A DNA stretch of 64,000 nt from Nymphaea colorata (taxonomy: Eukaryota). Positions 11,806 through 39,459 of this stretch are shown here, piece after piece. Location: assembly GCF_008831285.2 (NCBI RefSeq), contig NC_045138.2, positions 1,054,001-1,118,000 of the forward strand, read 5' to 3'. The notes below the pieces were generated by a model that saw only the letters and a list, made by a program, of their open reading frames with translations, did not search any database and was not told the origin of the DNA. The position numbers were made by a program, and so were the translations under genes. Every line of letters starts with the position of its first letter. Positions within the stretch are counted from its first letter, which is position 1.

Positions 11806-13589
11806 ACTTTGTTTTTTCTTCTTAGTAGAAAGTACACCCTTTTGTGGATTCGTATTCATGTAACTTTTGTGGATAATTTTTGTTTAATGTTTTTGGGAAC
11901 AAATATATAACTTTTGCAGTTGTAGATTAAGTTAAGAAGGTGCTTTCTGTTGTAATGTGTTGCTGGATATTTCTTTTTGCTTTTTGTTACATATATCGTG
12001 TGAATGGCCCTGTCTTTTAATGAACTGGCTGTATGGTGATTTGTTTTGAGATGATTGATGAAGAAATATATGGGTTCTGCAGTTCATTTTTTATTTATTG
12101 GTTTTGGCTTGGTGGTGGTTCCATGAGGTGATGATCTTTCTCGTTTGGTGGTGTGCTTGGGTAATCTGTACATATAAGAATCGGTGATGAGGTGATGATC
12201 TTTCTCGTTAGATGTTTCGGCTTCGAAACACAAGCTTTTGTGGCATTTATTTGAGTGGTGATGTTTTGTTGTTTTGTAAGTTAGCATTCCTACTCCTTCT
12301 AACGTCAAATTGGGGAGGAGAAAAAAAAACAACATTTTCCAGGTTAAATTTTTCCTGTGCATCAAACAGGATTAAATTTATCACGTTAAATTCTTTATGT
12401 TCATCAAACATGGTTAAATTTATCACGTTAAATTTCACCCGACAATCAAACAGGGCCTCGTTTTGGAAAAGGGTAAAATTTCATCCACTAAATTTTTCTA
12501 GAAAAATTTACCTTGGTAAACTTACCGCGTTAAATTTTACCCGCCCATCAAACGGGCCCTAAAGCTTTGTATGGATATGAAAAATACTAATTTGTTTGTC
12601 TAGTGTGTATATATGTATGGTCTTATCGTTTTCTGTGTGGATCCATGTTGAGATCAGTGGATAAAGTTTGTACCAAGGTGCAGACTTGAACTCAGTTCAT
12701 GTGCATCTCAAGTAAAACACCAGGTTTCATAATTTCGCCATGTTACCAATAAGAAATTGTTGCATATTCAACTCCAAACTATGAACTTGTCCACAAATTT
12801 ATGATATGGATCGGTTATGCCAGGTTACACCTGATCCGTAGGGATTCGTAATAAACGTCACCAGGGGTAGTGTTGGGGTAGTGTTTCCCTTGGACTTTCT
12901 TTGTTTTTCTTGGACTTTTCTCTCTCTCTCTCCCTTGGTGGCCCATTTGGGAAGAGCGCAACAATAGGGTCTTCAGGGGCACCTTCTCTTCATCGGAGTC
13001 TATGGCTCGTCTTGTGCAGGGAGATGTTCATTTTGTCATTCGATTACGATGTTTATTGTGTCATTCGGCTACGACGTCGTCCTTCATCTTTCACTGGGTG
13101 ATTGTACCTATATATTTTGTCTCTTTGCTTATGTTTTGCGGCTGTTATTGCATTGGAGGACTTCTTGTCCCCAAATTTTGGTATAAATTCTCATTTTATC
13201 GTCTCTCTTTCTTTCTCTCTCCACGAGATACACGATTTCTATCGAAGCAAGATCGCAAGGTTTGGTGCTTTTTCCCCGACACGATTTTGTTTTATACCGC
13301 TTAATCTTCGTCTGCATTTATTCTTCTTCTTCCTGGTCTTTTCAGACTATAAAATAAAGCTGAGTCGAGCACTATGGAACACAATCGGCACTCGGTAATA
13401 TTTGCTTACTATTTACATGATGATAAAGAGTCCAAACTCATTAGAACTCCAGACTCACACCTACCAACTTAAGCAGTTTATTTTTGGGGGTGCCGAAAGG
13501 CATTCACAAAGACAAAGACACTGAAAAGATACACTCGTTGGTCGCATTTTACTTTTATTTAGTACTAACTGTTTTTATTTACAGCGAAG

Positions 13590-16754
<3,165 letters not shown>

Positions 16755-17703
16755 CTACAGATTTCGGGACACCGATCAACCTGATGAAAGATTTTGGTGT
16801 GAGGGAAACTCGATTAACTCTCTTTACCATCTAAAAAGAAGAAAAACAGAAACGGAACTCAGAGAGAAATTGATAGAAGGAATAAGCAGTAGCCTTACAA
16901 TGCAAAGGCCAAAGAGCAGAGGGAGGCACAGCAGGATGGCATTTTACAAACTACCTCTTCTCAGAAGTTATAGCTATTGGGAAGTCGACTGAGTGACGCA
17001 TTCCATGAAGTACAGGATCTCTACGTGGAAGGCGAAGCAGAGGTCAGCAGAAGGAAGGCGACCACGTTGCTGTTCACGGGAAGAGGCAGGAAAACTTGTC
17101 CCACTTTGAAGTTAAGCCACATGGACTCGGAGCCCATATTTCCGTTCGTTGCGGATTTATTTGCTTCTTTTTTAGTGAAAGGGCTGACAAAATTAACCTT
17201 GCTACTGGATTGAACCTGACTTTGTTTTTTCATTTGTATTAAAATTTAAAACTCCTCTTTAATTACTTTAATTATGCATTCAGGTTTGCAGTACCGAAGC
17301 TGCGGGTGCCAACACTAGTGTCTTTTGAGCTAAAAAGTTCTGGCTCCACCAATAAGACAAGGAAAAATACAATGGTAGAGTTCTTTAAATGACATTGGCT
17401 AGAAAACGAATAATCAGATAGAGAGCTGCAGAAATGATTCGGCAATAGATATAGAGGAAAATGGGGGAATGCTTTATTATATTCCAAAAAGATCACAACC
17501 AAAACAACAAATCTTCAATGGCCAATTGACTAGTGAAAGAAAATTTGAACACATATATGGTGGCCTTTGAGAAATTAACAAAACCAAACGGAACTGAGTA
17601 CTGCAACATAGTTTAATATGCATTCCCTACAAAATTAATGGAGCTGTAACTGATCTAGGATCTGGCAATCTTTCAGTATTCATTGGAAGCTTCATAATCA
17701 TCA

Positions 17704-21405
<3,702 letters not shown>

Positions 21406-21637
21406 TTATCTTCAGCAGCCAAGGATAGAAGAAACCAAGAGAACCAACGAGCGAGAAAAGTTAGAGAAAGAAAGAGATCAAACGAAGAGACTCTGAGTCT
21501 TTCCTGAGCTCAGGAATTTCCTCGATGCAAAAGCCACTGGTTCTCATAGCTATTTATAGAGATCTACAAAGACAGAGAGAGGAACGTGCATTAAGGAATA
21601 GGACGTGCTTCTGATCATCTCCGAACCATCAACAACG

Positions 21638-21649
21638 GCTCCTGGTTTT
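21638..21649 (-). promoter_or_regulatory. Anaerobic/hypoxia-responsive-element-like motif AAAACCAGGAGC upstream of ADH-B (TATAAAT at 21558-21552)
   Basis: Resembles the ARE/HRPE core AAACCA...GC. The same motif recurs upstream of ADH-D and ADH-E. Confidence 0.5.
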
Positions 21650-22238
21650 CTTTTCCGCACGCAAACTTGGACGTGCTATCATCAGTGCTGGGATGCGAGT
21701 CAATCAAAATTTTCATGTTTCGACACGAATCCGTGCTGAATCGGATTCATGTTTTGATGAGTAATTAACTCCAGTTTAGGATTCAATACGCAGTGCAATT
21801 GCGTCTGAAGTATGTATTAATTTGTGTTCAAACTTAATTCCAACCCAATTTATTTAATAATATGAATTGCTAGGAGAATAGGAAAAAATCTTGCAAAAGC
21901 CAATGCAGCACAGATTAGTTTAGATTTTAACATGAGTCAAAAAATTTATAAATATTACTTCTGAAAAACCCTTATAAGATTTTATCAGACATTTAATCTG
22001 TGGCTTTTTAGTCTTTAGCTAGTTTTAAATAGTCTACATCCATTTAAGGGTAGACTTCTATAAAGCAAGACACACAAACATACACACATATATATAGATC
22101 TTTACCATTGGGTTCTCCAACATCTCACAAACATCTCACAGTATACCACCCAATACAATACACCAGATACTGTGCCGCTCTTTGCATCAAGCAGCTGTGA
22201 ATGGAGGGAAGGCTGAATGGCCGAACGATTTCACCACC

Positions 22239-22285
<47 letters not shown>

Positions 22286-22369
22286 TCAATTTCTTTCATC
22301 GATGCACATTACATTTATATATATATATATATATATATAAATGTAATGTGCATCGATGAAAGAAATTGA
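22286..22369. repeat. Perfect 84-bp palindrome centred on an (AT)n tract
   Basis: TCAATTTCTTTCATCGATGCACATTACATTT-(AT)n-AAATGTAATGTGCATCGATGAAAGAAATTGA; the arms are exact reverse complements. Confidence 0.95.
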
Positions 22370-24557
22370 TTCTTGAACTTTCTCAACACCAAAGTAACTT
22401 ATTGCTTAATTTAATGAACATAAATGGCCATACTTTTTCGTTATTATTAGAAAATCTTGCTGGCTGGATACCAGAAATTATGCGATGCAATGAATCCCAA
22501 TTTTGGAGACGACTGTTTAATGAATGGACCACGTTAATCGTCTACAAGCTCAGCCATGACTTCATATTCTTTTCTAGCTAGTGGGCCTGGTTTTGGTCAA
22601 ATCTAGATTATGTGGGATTCAACTGTATATCAAGCCAAAATATCTAAGAGATAAACATCTTTAAATGGGTAGTAGCTTTATCTTGTCATCGGTGATCAAT
22701 AAACTAGTTATTAATAAAATTGAGACGGCTAACTGTTCAATGTCAGCATCTTTTTCTTCTTCAAATGAAGAAGAACCTTTCGCCGACTAAGCCACTTGAT
22801 AGGTCAATTTTATTAAAAGAAACTAAAACCCGAGATGAGCCCCAATGCATCAAGAAGCCTCTTACCATAGAAAAAACTCAAAAGAGTATGGAATGATGTC
22901 ACTGTTTCTTACGATTGAACGACTCTAGCTAGCGAGAATGATTCTCTCATCAGTCAATGTCGAAGCTCTTTACTTATTTTCCCATGGGAATTAAAATTCC
23001 CATGAGCTTTTCCTCCTGTCACGTTTGAATTTGTTCTTCTTAAAGGCCTAGTCTTGAGCGTTGGCAATGACGTGAGAGAAGATGACGTTTGCAAGCACGG
23101 GTGGCGCCAAGGTAGGAGCCGCATGGGTCCTGGCACCACTTCAAAAAATATATATTTTTTAAATTTACATGTAATTAAAAAATCACTTGTTTTATATAAA
23201 ATTTTTTTGAAAAATGATATTTCGAGCCTAATCAAAATTTACAAATTTTAATTCAGCCACGTCTTGAAAATTTTTTAGCTCCACCCTTGTTTGCACGAAA
23301 ATATTTTCTTAAAGAATGTGTCGTTAAGAATGTACTTAATGATTACAAGGGGTAACCTAAACGCCCCTTGATTGTGAAAGGGAAGCCATGATCACATCCA
23401 TTTCATATCTTAATTTGGCCTTTGAGAGGCTGGTTTACCATTTAAGCATCCAATGCGTAGAGCGATCTAAAATGTTCGGATTTCATCCGTTCTTAACTTC
23501 TTTCTTTGCTGGATTTGATTTAGAACCCATCCTATGTGATTGGATTTGTATTGAAATTCAGATGTTATTTTTAGAAACTGAATTCAGATATAGCTTGTAA
23601 TGTCCCACTTTGAAAAGTTTAGTTATGTGTCTAATATTATGATATATTTTCAAGGGCTAATAAAGATGGTTATTAAAGTGCTTGGTTATCTTTATTTCTA
23701 GCATTTTTGGGGTTGGAATCGAAACTGTTAGGAAGCAAGTTGAGATTCGCTGGTCCAAAGACTTAAGCATTGTGTAGGAGTAGATCAGGTCTATACAATG
23801 ACATCAGAGCACAATGCAACACTTGAACCTGAGGTATCACACACAAAGACATGGGTGCCTTAAGGGGATGGATTGTAATGCTGAACTTTGAGAAGTTTAG
23901 TTGAAGATTGTGGGAGATCTTCAAAAACTTATAAAGGAGATTGTTAAAGTGGTAAATGGTCATGGTTCATAGCAATTTTTGGGATGAAACATAATAGAGG
24001 GTGGGTTGAGATCCGTTCGATTGGGGGCTCGAGCCTAATATGGATGTGGGTATGGTTGTTACGTAGCTAACATATAATCCAATCTTTATAAGTAATCAAC
24101 CGATGGATTTTATACACAGATGAATTAAGATAGCATCCAAATTGTTGGAGTGGTAAAAGTTAAGAATTTAACTACTGAAACTTAATTAACAAAATGAGTG
24201 CAATTACATTTAACCCCAATGATGAAAAGATGAAACCAATGGTCATCTAAAATTCTGAATTAAACACATTTCTGTATAGGCACAAGATATTTTGATATTT
24301 TGCTGTTGGACCAGATTTACTTGTGAAAACAAGAGAAAGGAAAGAAAAGCTAAAAAGAGTGTTTATGCAGTTTAAACAAATGACATTTTAATAAATAATT
24401 TCTATCTTTTTTTTTCTAACCAAACAAGTTTCATGGTCTTTGTTTTCATTTTCTCTCATTTCCACTCATTTTCTCTCCACATTCCCTTTCCTTTTCATTC
24501 ATATTCAACCAAAAAAGGAAAAAGGGACCCTTGTGCGTGTTTGATATCTCAATATCT

Positions 24558-24600
<43 letters not shown>

Positions 24601-25866
24601 TTACGCTTGATTTTATTGGCTAAATAGACGTGCAATTGTGCATGAAATCTAATTTAGGCCAGCTTTTGATTCTTATTTGGATATTCTCACACGTTATTAG
24701 TTCCATGCTCTATATTTCAATTTTTTTATTGCCTTAATGGAGGGATATACTCCGCACACGTTGTCTCTAAGCTCTAAATTCTCTTTCTTTATTGCCTTCA
24801 TGGAGGGATATACTCCCTTAGATTCCAATTCTATTGGAAGGTTTATGTATATTAAAAAGTATGTTTACATATAATCACTTGTACTCGAATAACAGTTACT
24901 TGGATCAAGGAGCCCGGTTTGAATCCAAAGCATATATGTTTTAAGAAGCATTCGACATGAGCTGAACCACCACTCGAAAAAGACCTTCTTTCCCATGCCT
25001 AATGCAAGTAAACTTTTTCATGCAAAAATTGCAAACCTGCTACGAATACTCGGGCAGAGGCAGGGTAGGACCGGAAGGGCCACGGCTCCACCTAAAAAGA
25101 AAAAAAAAATTAAAAATCTACATGTAAAATTAAAAAAAAAAAAGTCACTTGTCTTACATTAAAATTTTGAAAAATAATATTTCGATTCAAGTCAAAGTTT
25201 AGAAACTTTAATTCAACCCTCGTCATGAAAAAATTATGTCTCTACAAATATTGGATCTCAGGTCGAAAGAAATAATGTATGGATCTGAGTTGCATGAACA
25301 CTGTATAAACCCTTTACATGGAGACCTAGCTGAGGAGAAGACCTAGCTGAGGAGACTTCCCTTCACATGCAACACCCTCCCCTGGGCAACACTTATCTCA
25401 ATGTGGATAGTAGATAAATTTTTTTCAATGGAGCAGGAAATATATAATTAATAAATTTTCAATTGGGCTTGAGGGCAACTACCCAGGTCTCTCGTAGGAC
25501 TGCCCATATAATTAGACCCAAGTCCACCAAAATCGATAATGTAAATTCAAAGTTTTGGATTGAGCTCACCCAATCTCATTCCAGCACATACCCCATAGAA
25601 CCCCCATGGAAGCTGGATCAGGATCATTTGAAATATTAAAGGTGATCTAACACCAGAATTTAAAATCTTGCCGTCACCACTTCGGGTAAATTAATCAGAT
25701 TGTATGCAATCAGGTTTAAGTCTGGACTCGGATTCAAATCTAATAGACATATATGTAATTGAATTACTTTTTGAACAGATGTATCCCAATCAGATTCGGT
25801 TATCAAAACTGCTTGCATGCCAATACCAATCCAGCTAGTCATCAGGTACTGAATTTCTTTACCATA

Positions 25867-25949
<83 letters not shown>

Positions 25950-26497
25950 CTGATCAGCATGACACCGACAGTCTTTTCATGTGTCGCTGATCGCTGATGG
26001 TTCTTTTAAAAACTCTCGCCAGTGGTTTTTGAGATATTAACATATAAAATATTAAGTGTCTTAAACATGCATGAACATCAAATAGGTAAAGTTTGATAGC
26101 CAAACCCGACATGATAACTAATCTGCCCCGACACTTAGCCCAATGCCCAACCTTAAATGGGATAGTTTAAGACGGACTTGCATGCGATGAAAAACTATGA
26201 GTGCTTTTTTTTAATCTTTTCTTTTTTGTTCATCTTTTTTGTTCAGTGAAGAAAAGAGAGTCAACTTGCCCCCACAAGTTTAACGCCCACTGGGATGAAA
26301 TTGAACCATGTTAAACACTGGCACGTTCAATCTGTTCAGCACGTCTTTTTTTCTCTCTCTCTCTCTAAAAAGGTCCACTTTACGAGGCTATAAATACAAC
26401 CACAATCTCCGACGGCTTCTCGGTCAAGGGTAGCTTGGTTTCTCTCTCTCTCTACCTTGTGCCTTTCTTGGGGACCTCTTGGTCTTGATCAGAAGAC

Positions 26498-32719
<6,222 letters not shown>

Positions 32720-35700
32720 AGATCACAGTGATGCATCCAGTTATTGAACAAAGAAGAATACTCGGTGATACCAGGGAGAATTTGCTCTATGCCTCACCGG
32801 TGTGCAAGTTTAATTTTAGCAGTGACGGGCTCAATTAATTTGATTTGTGTGGCTTCGATCTTGATGATATTGATTTGTTTCTCAATGTCTTGGTTTTGTA
32901 ATTTGATCTGCATGGCCTTGGCAGTTTCTGCTTACAGATTTTTGCGTTCACAATAAAGCATTCTCCCAAGTTTTTTGCGTTCATTTTGTTAATTTAATAC
33001 TCTTTATGGACGGCAATTCTATTCGTCTCCCAAATACATAATTTGATATTCTTTTATGTTCCAATAAAAGCGACGCATCTAGGGCCAGAAATATATGATC
33101 ATTCAAACACGAACTATTTACATATGAAGTTTTGAGTCTTTTGATTAACTTTGGAGTTTCTTATTATTGTGCGTCTATTAAAGTTAATTCAATTATGATG
33201 AACCAGTTTTACATGAGTCTAGTTTAAACGAATCGAGATCTTACAATTTGAACTTGACTCAGTTAATATTTAGGGTATAAATTAAACTCCAACTCAAGAG
33301 TTGGCTCAACTCATTGTATAGCCTTATATATTAACAAGACCCAAACTCAATTGATAATCAGTATGATTATTAGCTATATTAACCTTATTATTGGAGAGGA
33401 CTTATAAGGCGCATTTAATAAGAACATGATGGTCTTCTTAAAACGTATATTCTCAAAACACTTCTTCAAATAGTACAATTAGTGTTCCTCTAATTTGAAA
33501 AAAAATATAATATAATTATGTCCCCACCTTCGTAAAAAAAAATTGTTTATTATAATGATTACATCATGTTCCTTAAGACAAGAACATAAAGGTTTTGGAT
33601 TATGTTTTTCAAGAACATATGTACTAATTAAGAATGTAATATTCACATTATTGAACACCCTTGCTCTATGTTGCTTCATCAGAAAATTTAGCAAAAAAAG
33701 AAAACAAAATATAAACAACCGAAAGACTTCCGGGTGAGCGACAGACTTATCCACTGGCACAAAAATATTGAAATAAATTACGTAGCGGCATTTTAATATT
33801 GCGCAATTAACAACTGCCTACTTAATTTTTAAGAGTTAATAAGTAGGTGCTTGATACGAGTCTGCCTAGTCCTCCTTGGAGCACAATGTTTGAGCACGCC
33901 AGAGCTGAAGGGCTTGAGAACCAAGTCGAGCAAGGCGCTATGGCAGTTAAAAACGTTCAACTAGAACTTAGTGCACAAGCAGTGGGTGGTGAAGATGGAG
34001 ATCCAAAGGCCCTAGGTCCAGTTATATTGGCAGATGACCAGCACATCGGAATAGATCCAACTTCAAAAGGCCAAATTGATAGTCTTACCTCCGGTTTTGG
34101 CCCAGTCCACCCTAGTGTCAGTCAAGATCAAAATCTTTCGAGGCAGCATAGGGCTAGCATAGATAGTAGACTCTGTTGAGCCTTTACTTCACTTAGGTAG
34201 GCCGAGTTAGTCAATGAGGAAATCCGAAGTCTAGGCGGCAACCCAAACAATTCCCTCACCTTGCGCTCACCAAGCGCAAGGGTTCATTTTATAGGTTAGG
34301 GGCATTACACCCAAATTGATATGTTCATTTGCTTATGCATTTTATTTCATGCTGATTGGACCGAGATGGTTTGTATCTCGAGCCATTTGCTTTGAGTATA
34401 AGTGAACCGGTTCGATCCATCTGTGAACCAAGTCACTTAGGAAAGTATTTAAACGTTTGTACTTTGTTTTTCGTATGCAATCAAGAGAATTGAATTTCAT
34501 TTGCCAAGTTTCTCTCTCTCTCTCCTCACGTCTCTCTCTCTCTCTCATGTGCCCCCTTCCTCTCCTTCACCTTCTTCAAGTGCCGGCCTTGGCTGGTTTC
34601 TTCCCTCACGCAAGTCTCTCCATAACTGGCGGTCAATTTTCTTCCTCCCCTTAGTTTCTTGTTCTTTTCCTCAACCACCCGACCAACACGGAAACAGATC
34701 ATGTTTTTCCCAACCAACTCACGGAAATCTAGGTGCAGCCTTCATCGAACACAAGTGGAGGTTAGAGGCCAGATTAGTCTAAGGGAAGGCTACTATCACC
34801 TAAGGCAACGCAACAAAGGAGATTGTGGCGTGCGAGACTCCTCGAGAAACTCAAAGGTTAGTGCGTGTTCTCTTTTGGTGAAAGGGTGTAACTTCGTTGG
34901 ATAGTTTTAAAGTTAGGTTCGGCCAAGGACATGGTGTTCACTTCGTAGGCAAAATCTCTAGAGTTTGATCAGCAACTCTCGACGGTTGAAACTGGTTTTA
35001 AAGTTGTTTTTACAAGTCACAAAGGATCCTAAGAGTAAATGTCTCTTTGCTTGAGAGTTTGAGGAGATTCTACCAGCGAAAATCCATCCAAAATATCAAG
35101 TTCAAGCCACTCTTAGGAGCCTGTTATTCATGCTGGAAAATAACAAGAAAACAGTGAGAAAAAGCATTGACAAGGGCATCAAAAAAGTGAAGAAAAACTA
35201 GAAGTAACATCATCCAAGAAAAGGAAAAAAAACGTGAAATTTTGGTGTGATGGAGCCAAAATAGTGAAGCTTGGTGTTCACCGAAATTCTGAAATTCTGG
35301 CAAATGCTACTACTTTTCCGGCAACCTCTGCTACTATTTTGGCGAACATTTGGTCAGCATTGGCATAGGACAAAGTAGAAAAACACGTGGTTTAGTTGGA
35401 GGCTGTCCTAGGGTTTCTTCAACCTAACGGCCAGTACACATTTGGATCAAATGGCTGCCAACTCTGCAAATTTGGTAAGTGGTTCTCTCTCTTGACCGTT
35501 TGAAACACCTGCCATCCATCAGAGACACGTGGCAACATCCCAAGGAAGAAGAATATGAGCTGACCTAACTCGATTTCTTTTAACATTTGGCACACCACTA
35601 ACCGCGCCATCCATTTCCTTCATTTGGGCTAGAGATCCTCTCGCCCACTCCTTTCCTCAATTGGTTGGCCACAAGTGCTACCTCGCCTTACAATTGAGGA

Positions 35701-36480
35701 TCCATTAGTATAGGTGACCTACATTTTAGGAAGGCTTGACCCCAGCCAATCATTTGACCTAAACCCAATCCCGTTCACATCGTTTTTGCCCTTTCATTCC
35801 TCATGTGTTGCCTTATCTAACCCAGTGGCCACCATCATTCTAAGAAGTTTCCTCGCCTTTCTTCATACATTTTGGGAAGGTAGCCCCTACCTCCACAGCC
35901 ATTGTCTACCTTAATCCTAATTCGGATTATATCTTCAGGCGACTTTCCACGTCATTTCGGAACTGCCGGCAGACGATTCTTACAGCTTGTGCCGGACTTC
36001 CAAGTCTGTCTTGGAAAGATACGTTTTCCTTTAGCTTCTCATTGGTTTGACTCAAGGAGAGTTCTTTCGTTTTTGGTTTAGCATTTACATTTGAGTTGTT
36101 ATGCTCTTGTAGTTCTTCGGTGGCCACTGGCCTCAGATCCTGCTGCAAGTCTTTAGCATCTCTATTGCTCAATTTTTAGTGGTTGTTTTTCTGGATTCCA
36201 TTCAGTTTAGTCTAGTTTTTTTCTAATTGCGTTGTTTGACCTCACATTAGTTAGCATTTCTTGTAGTAGGTTTCCTTTGGGTTTGTCTTTCTATTGGTTG
36301 GCCTTAAGCGCCTTAAAATCTTGGGGATAGGACCAGCTGTTGGGAAGCGTCTAGACTTATTCCAGAGCCAGGTTCTACCAGTGCTCCACTTGTGAGGTAA
36401 ATTATCAAAAGACGTGGACGAGACAGAAAAAGTTGATATATATATATATATATATATGACCAAAGTATCTGCCGTAACCT

Positions 36481-36797
36481 CCAAAAAAAGAAAAAAAAAA
36501 CTGGATTCATGCGTGAAAAAATTGCTGTCGGTAAAGGTCCATTTTATGGACATTAGGAGGTATGTCAGTGAAGATTGACTTCACTGACGTCTGGATGTAG
36601 ATGTCGGCGTCTATCTATCATGAACAATTGACCTTCACCAACACGTGGGATAGGTCGGTGAAAATATGTTTTTACCGACAATCAAGAAGTGAGTGTCAAT
36701 AAAAATAACATTTCATCGACACGTATGTAAGTATTTAAGGACGGCCTATTTTATCAACGTTTTCTCACAGTGGGTGAATCCAGGTTTTTTTTGTTGT
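36481..36797. mobile_element. Degenerate non-autonomous CACTA-like element
   Basis: Inverted ends AAAAAAACTGGATTCA / TGAATCCAGGTTTTTTTGTTGTC and several (T)GTCGGT / ACCGAC-type subterminal repeats in both orientations. The CACTA terminus itself is degenerate. Confidence 0.45.
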
Positions 36798-39447
36798 CAA
36801 CTTCTTCTTTACTGCCAAAAGTTAACTTTGTGATTATGATGTGTAGGTTTTATATCAGATCAACAACAATAACTCCTATAAAGAACCACGCCTTCCATAT
36901 CTAGGCATAAAAGTTAATATTTCAATAAGTAGGTGGTTCTTTCAAATTTTTTTTTCCAGAATTGAACGAAAAAATTCCCTTGAAAGTTTAGGAGTGCCTA
37001 TTTGGTAACCTTTAAAAGTTAAGCCGCGATTTTTTCTGTAACTTTTTTGTTAAAGTTCAAATGCAAAAAAGACTAAAAAAACGGTCAATTAATTAAATCT
37101 TAAAAATTTGGGTACTTGCAATATCTCAAAATGAGCTTCATCTAATCTATAATTAACCAGTAAAGCTTCCTACTCAAATCTTCAAGCTAAAGTAAGGTAA
37201 GAGTTCAATGCCTCGAGCGCGTCTCTTGGCATAAACGGATAACCAAGCTTGCTTGTGAAGCGTAAAAATAAAGTAATATCCTTGAGTCAACCATATCATA
37301 TAAATCGAATCATAATTGATAAACTAAGCCTACCAAATGACGTATCACATGACATTTCAAGACTCCGATCCCACAGTATTTGGTTTTGAACTTAAGAAAT
37401 ATATTTGCAATTACCCAATTGACTTTGATCCAGCAGTCAATTGGAGATGATCATTAATTTGAAGAGTGCAGTCTACTCCACCTAGTTGCTTCCTTGATTA
37501 TACACTAAGAATATCCCTCTCTATGCCCAAGAATTTAAATATATTAAGAAATTGACAATTTCGCACACTATCTTTTAAATGAAATCTCATTTGGGTTTGA
37601 TTTTCCTTGCTAATTGCTAATGCAGGCTTATGTTTTTTCTTACTTTTCAATATGAACCTGCTTTAACTTCGGGTGAAAACAGGAATTTTACTTATTTATC
37701 TTATTTTGAAAGTCAAAGCTCCCATCCAACCCATTGTTTAACTTGTGCACCAGTGACCCCATCCCTCCTAAACTTGGGCATCGAGTTGGGTACCCAATGA
37801 GTACTTGGTACCCAGCCCGATCGAGCCCCTTCCCCAAAAAACTGGCTTTGGTTTGCCTGACAAGGGTCCAATTCCGCCTAACAACTTCCAAATATTATTT
37901 TTTATTTACTTATAATATATATTTTATTACTAAAAATATAATTTTATATTTATATTTTATTATAATCTGGCAAAGACTAGGCTCGGCTCTTATCGGGCGG
38001 GCCCCATGCTAGGTCTAATCCCTCTTAGGAAAATTAAGACATTTTTTGGGTGATGATCCAAGTTGGGTTTCTAAAAAACCCGGTTTTGACAACGCAATGT
38101 ATTGAAAGGGACATCATTTATAGAAAACATAATTTTTGCCTTGTCCGTTGAATACAAAGCAAAAGTATTGAAAGCTTGTTAAGAACATGGTTATCACAAA
38201 ACAAAGTTTTAACACAAAATCCTTTCATGGAGGTGTCACTAATTCAAAGATCCCCAACAGAGCCTTAGAATTTTTTTTTTTTAATTTTTTACTTTTTTAT
38301 TTCCTAAAGCATGTAACAAATAATTTGGTGCCAATTTAAAATGAACCTCATTGGATTGTTCATTTTACAAGCATCGATCAAGCTTGTGGGTTGGTAAAAG
38401 TTTAGTCATCAGTTCAATTCAAACATGGGTGGGTTTTGTTTCTCTGAACTACAAATGATAGATGCACTACATTCTAATCTACGGTGTCACCCATTCCACC
38501 CAAATCCAGAAACTGCTCCAAGACCTTAGAAGTGGGGAAAGGAGAAGTTTAGTTTCAATAATAAAAAAACAGTGGATGCAAAATATCAAGTGTATTTCTG
38601 GCTTTCATTGAAAAATTATTCCAAAAATATCTAGATTATAATATTATTATAAGCCTTTATGGGGGACTTCCCTTCCTCACAAGACCCTCCCCCATCGTCA
38701 ACTCCTTAACGTGAAGGAACATGGCAGCCAACAGTTGGGCTGCTTCCCCTCAAAAATGTTATATATATATATATATATATATACCCACAGATTTAGTTGC
38801 CAATGTTAATGCTTGGGATTCCGATCAATGTAAGAGTTTTCGAATTTAATACAAAATTGGACAATTTAAATTCGTGAAAAGTTGGGCTTTCCTTGAATTT
38901 GACGCTGCCCAGAAGGCCAAAATCCAGAAACTGACCATGTGTACATTTCAAAAGTTGGATTTTGCTGGAATTTAGTACAGATTAACAGGAGAATCCAAAT
39001 TAATACATCAAAAATTGAACATCTCTCGAACTTGGGGGCAGCTAAATTCCCAGATCAATTATTAAAAGACCCTAAAAAAGGTTGGTTCATATCTAAGACT
39101 CAGAAAATCCGATCAAATAATTAGATGATTTGATGCAATTGTGGAATCCTGAATTCCGGTTGGTCTACTTAAGATCCAACTTTTACATCCACAAATTCTG
39201 ATTTAGACGGATCCTCTCCTGTTTCAGATCCAACAATCTGAAATTAACTTGGTTTATTTGATTAAACAATCCGATTCAACTTGGATTTGGGTCGACGAAG
39301 CTTGATAAAATGAATCCTCTCGCAGATCCAGGCTGGTGTGAATTCTTACTCGGACCTTCGTTATCATCATATATCGGATCCTTCATCCACGAAAACACCA
39401 TATCAGATCCCATATAGCGGCAACGAATCTGACGGCTAAGAAAAAAA

Positions 39448-39459
39448 AAAACCGGGAGC
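39448..39459 (+). promoter_or_regulatory. ARE/HRPE-like motif AAAACCGGGAGC upstream of ADH-D (TATAAAT at 39538-39544)
   Basis: Same motif and same ~80-nt spacing to the TATA box as in ADH-B. Confidence 0.5.

Larger units (their letters stand above)
9096..12559 (+). mobile_element. PIF/Harbinger DNA transposon (defective, with captured sequences)
   Basis: Left TIR GGGCCTGTTTGATGGGCGGGTGAAA (9096-9120) versus right TIR revcomp GGGCCCGTTTGATGGGCGGGTAAAA (ends 12559), 2 mismatches in 25. TAA TSD at 9093-9095 and 12560-12562. Internal PIF-type DDE transposase remnant. Confidence 0.95.

Noticed and set aside
12850..13400. Overlapping ~100-aa ORFs between the PIF element and the ADH-A 3' end
   Set aside because: T-rich low-complexity translations with no recognisable motif or splice structure.
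25352..25385. Similarity to 38663-38695 (GACTTCCCTTC...ACCCTCCCC) about 1 kb upstream of both ADH-C and ADH-D
   Set aside because: Too short to separate a shared enhancer from a small dispersed repeat; the flanks do not visibly align.
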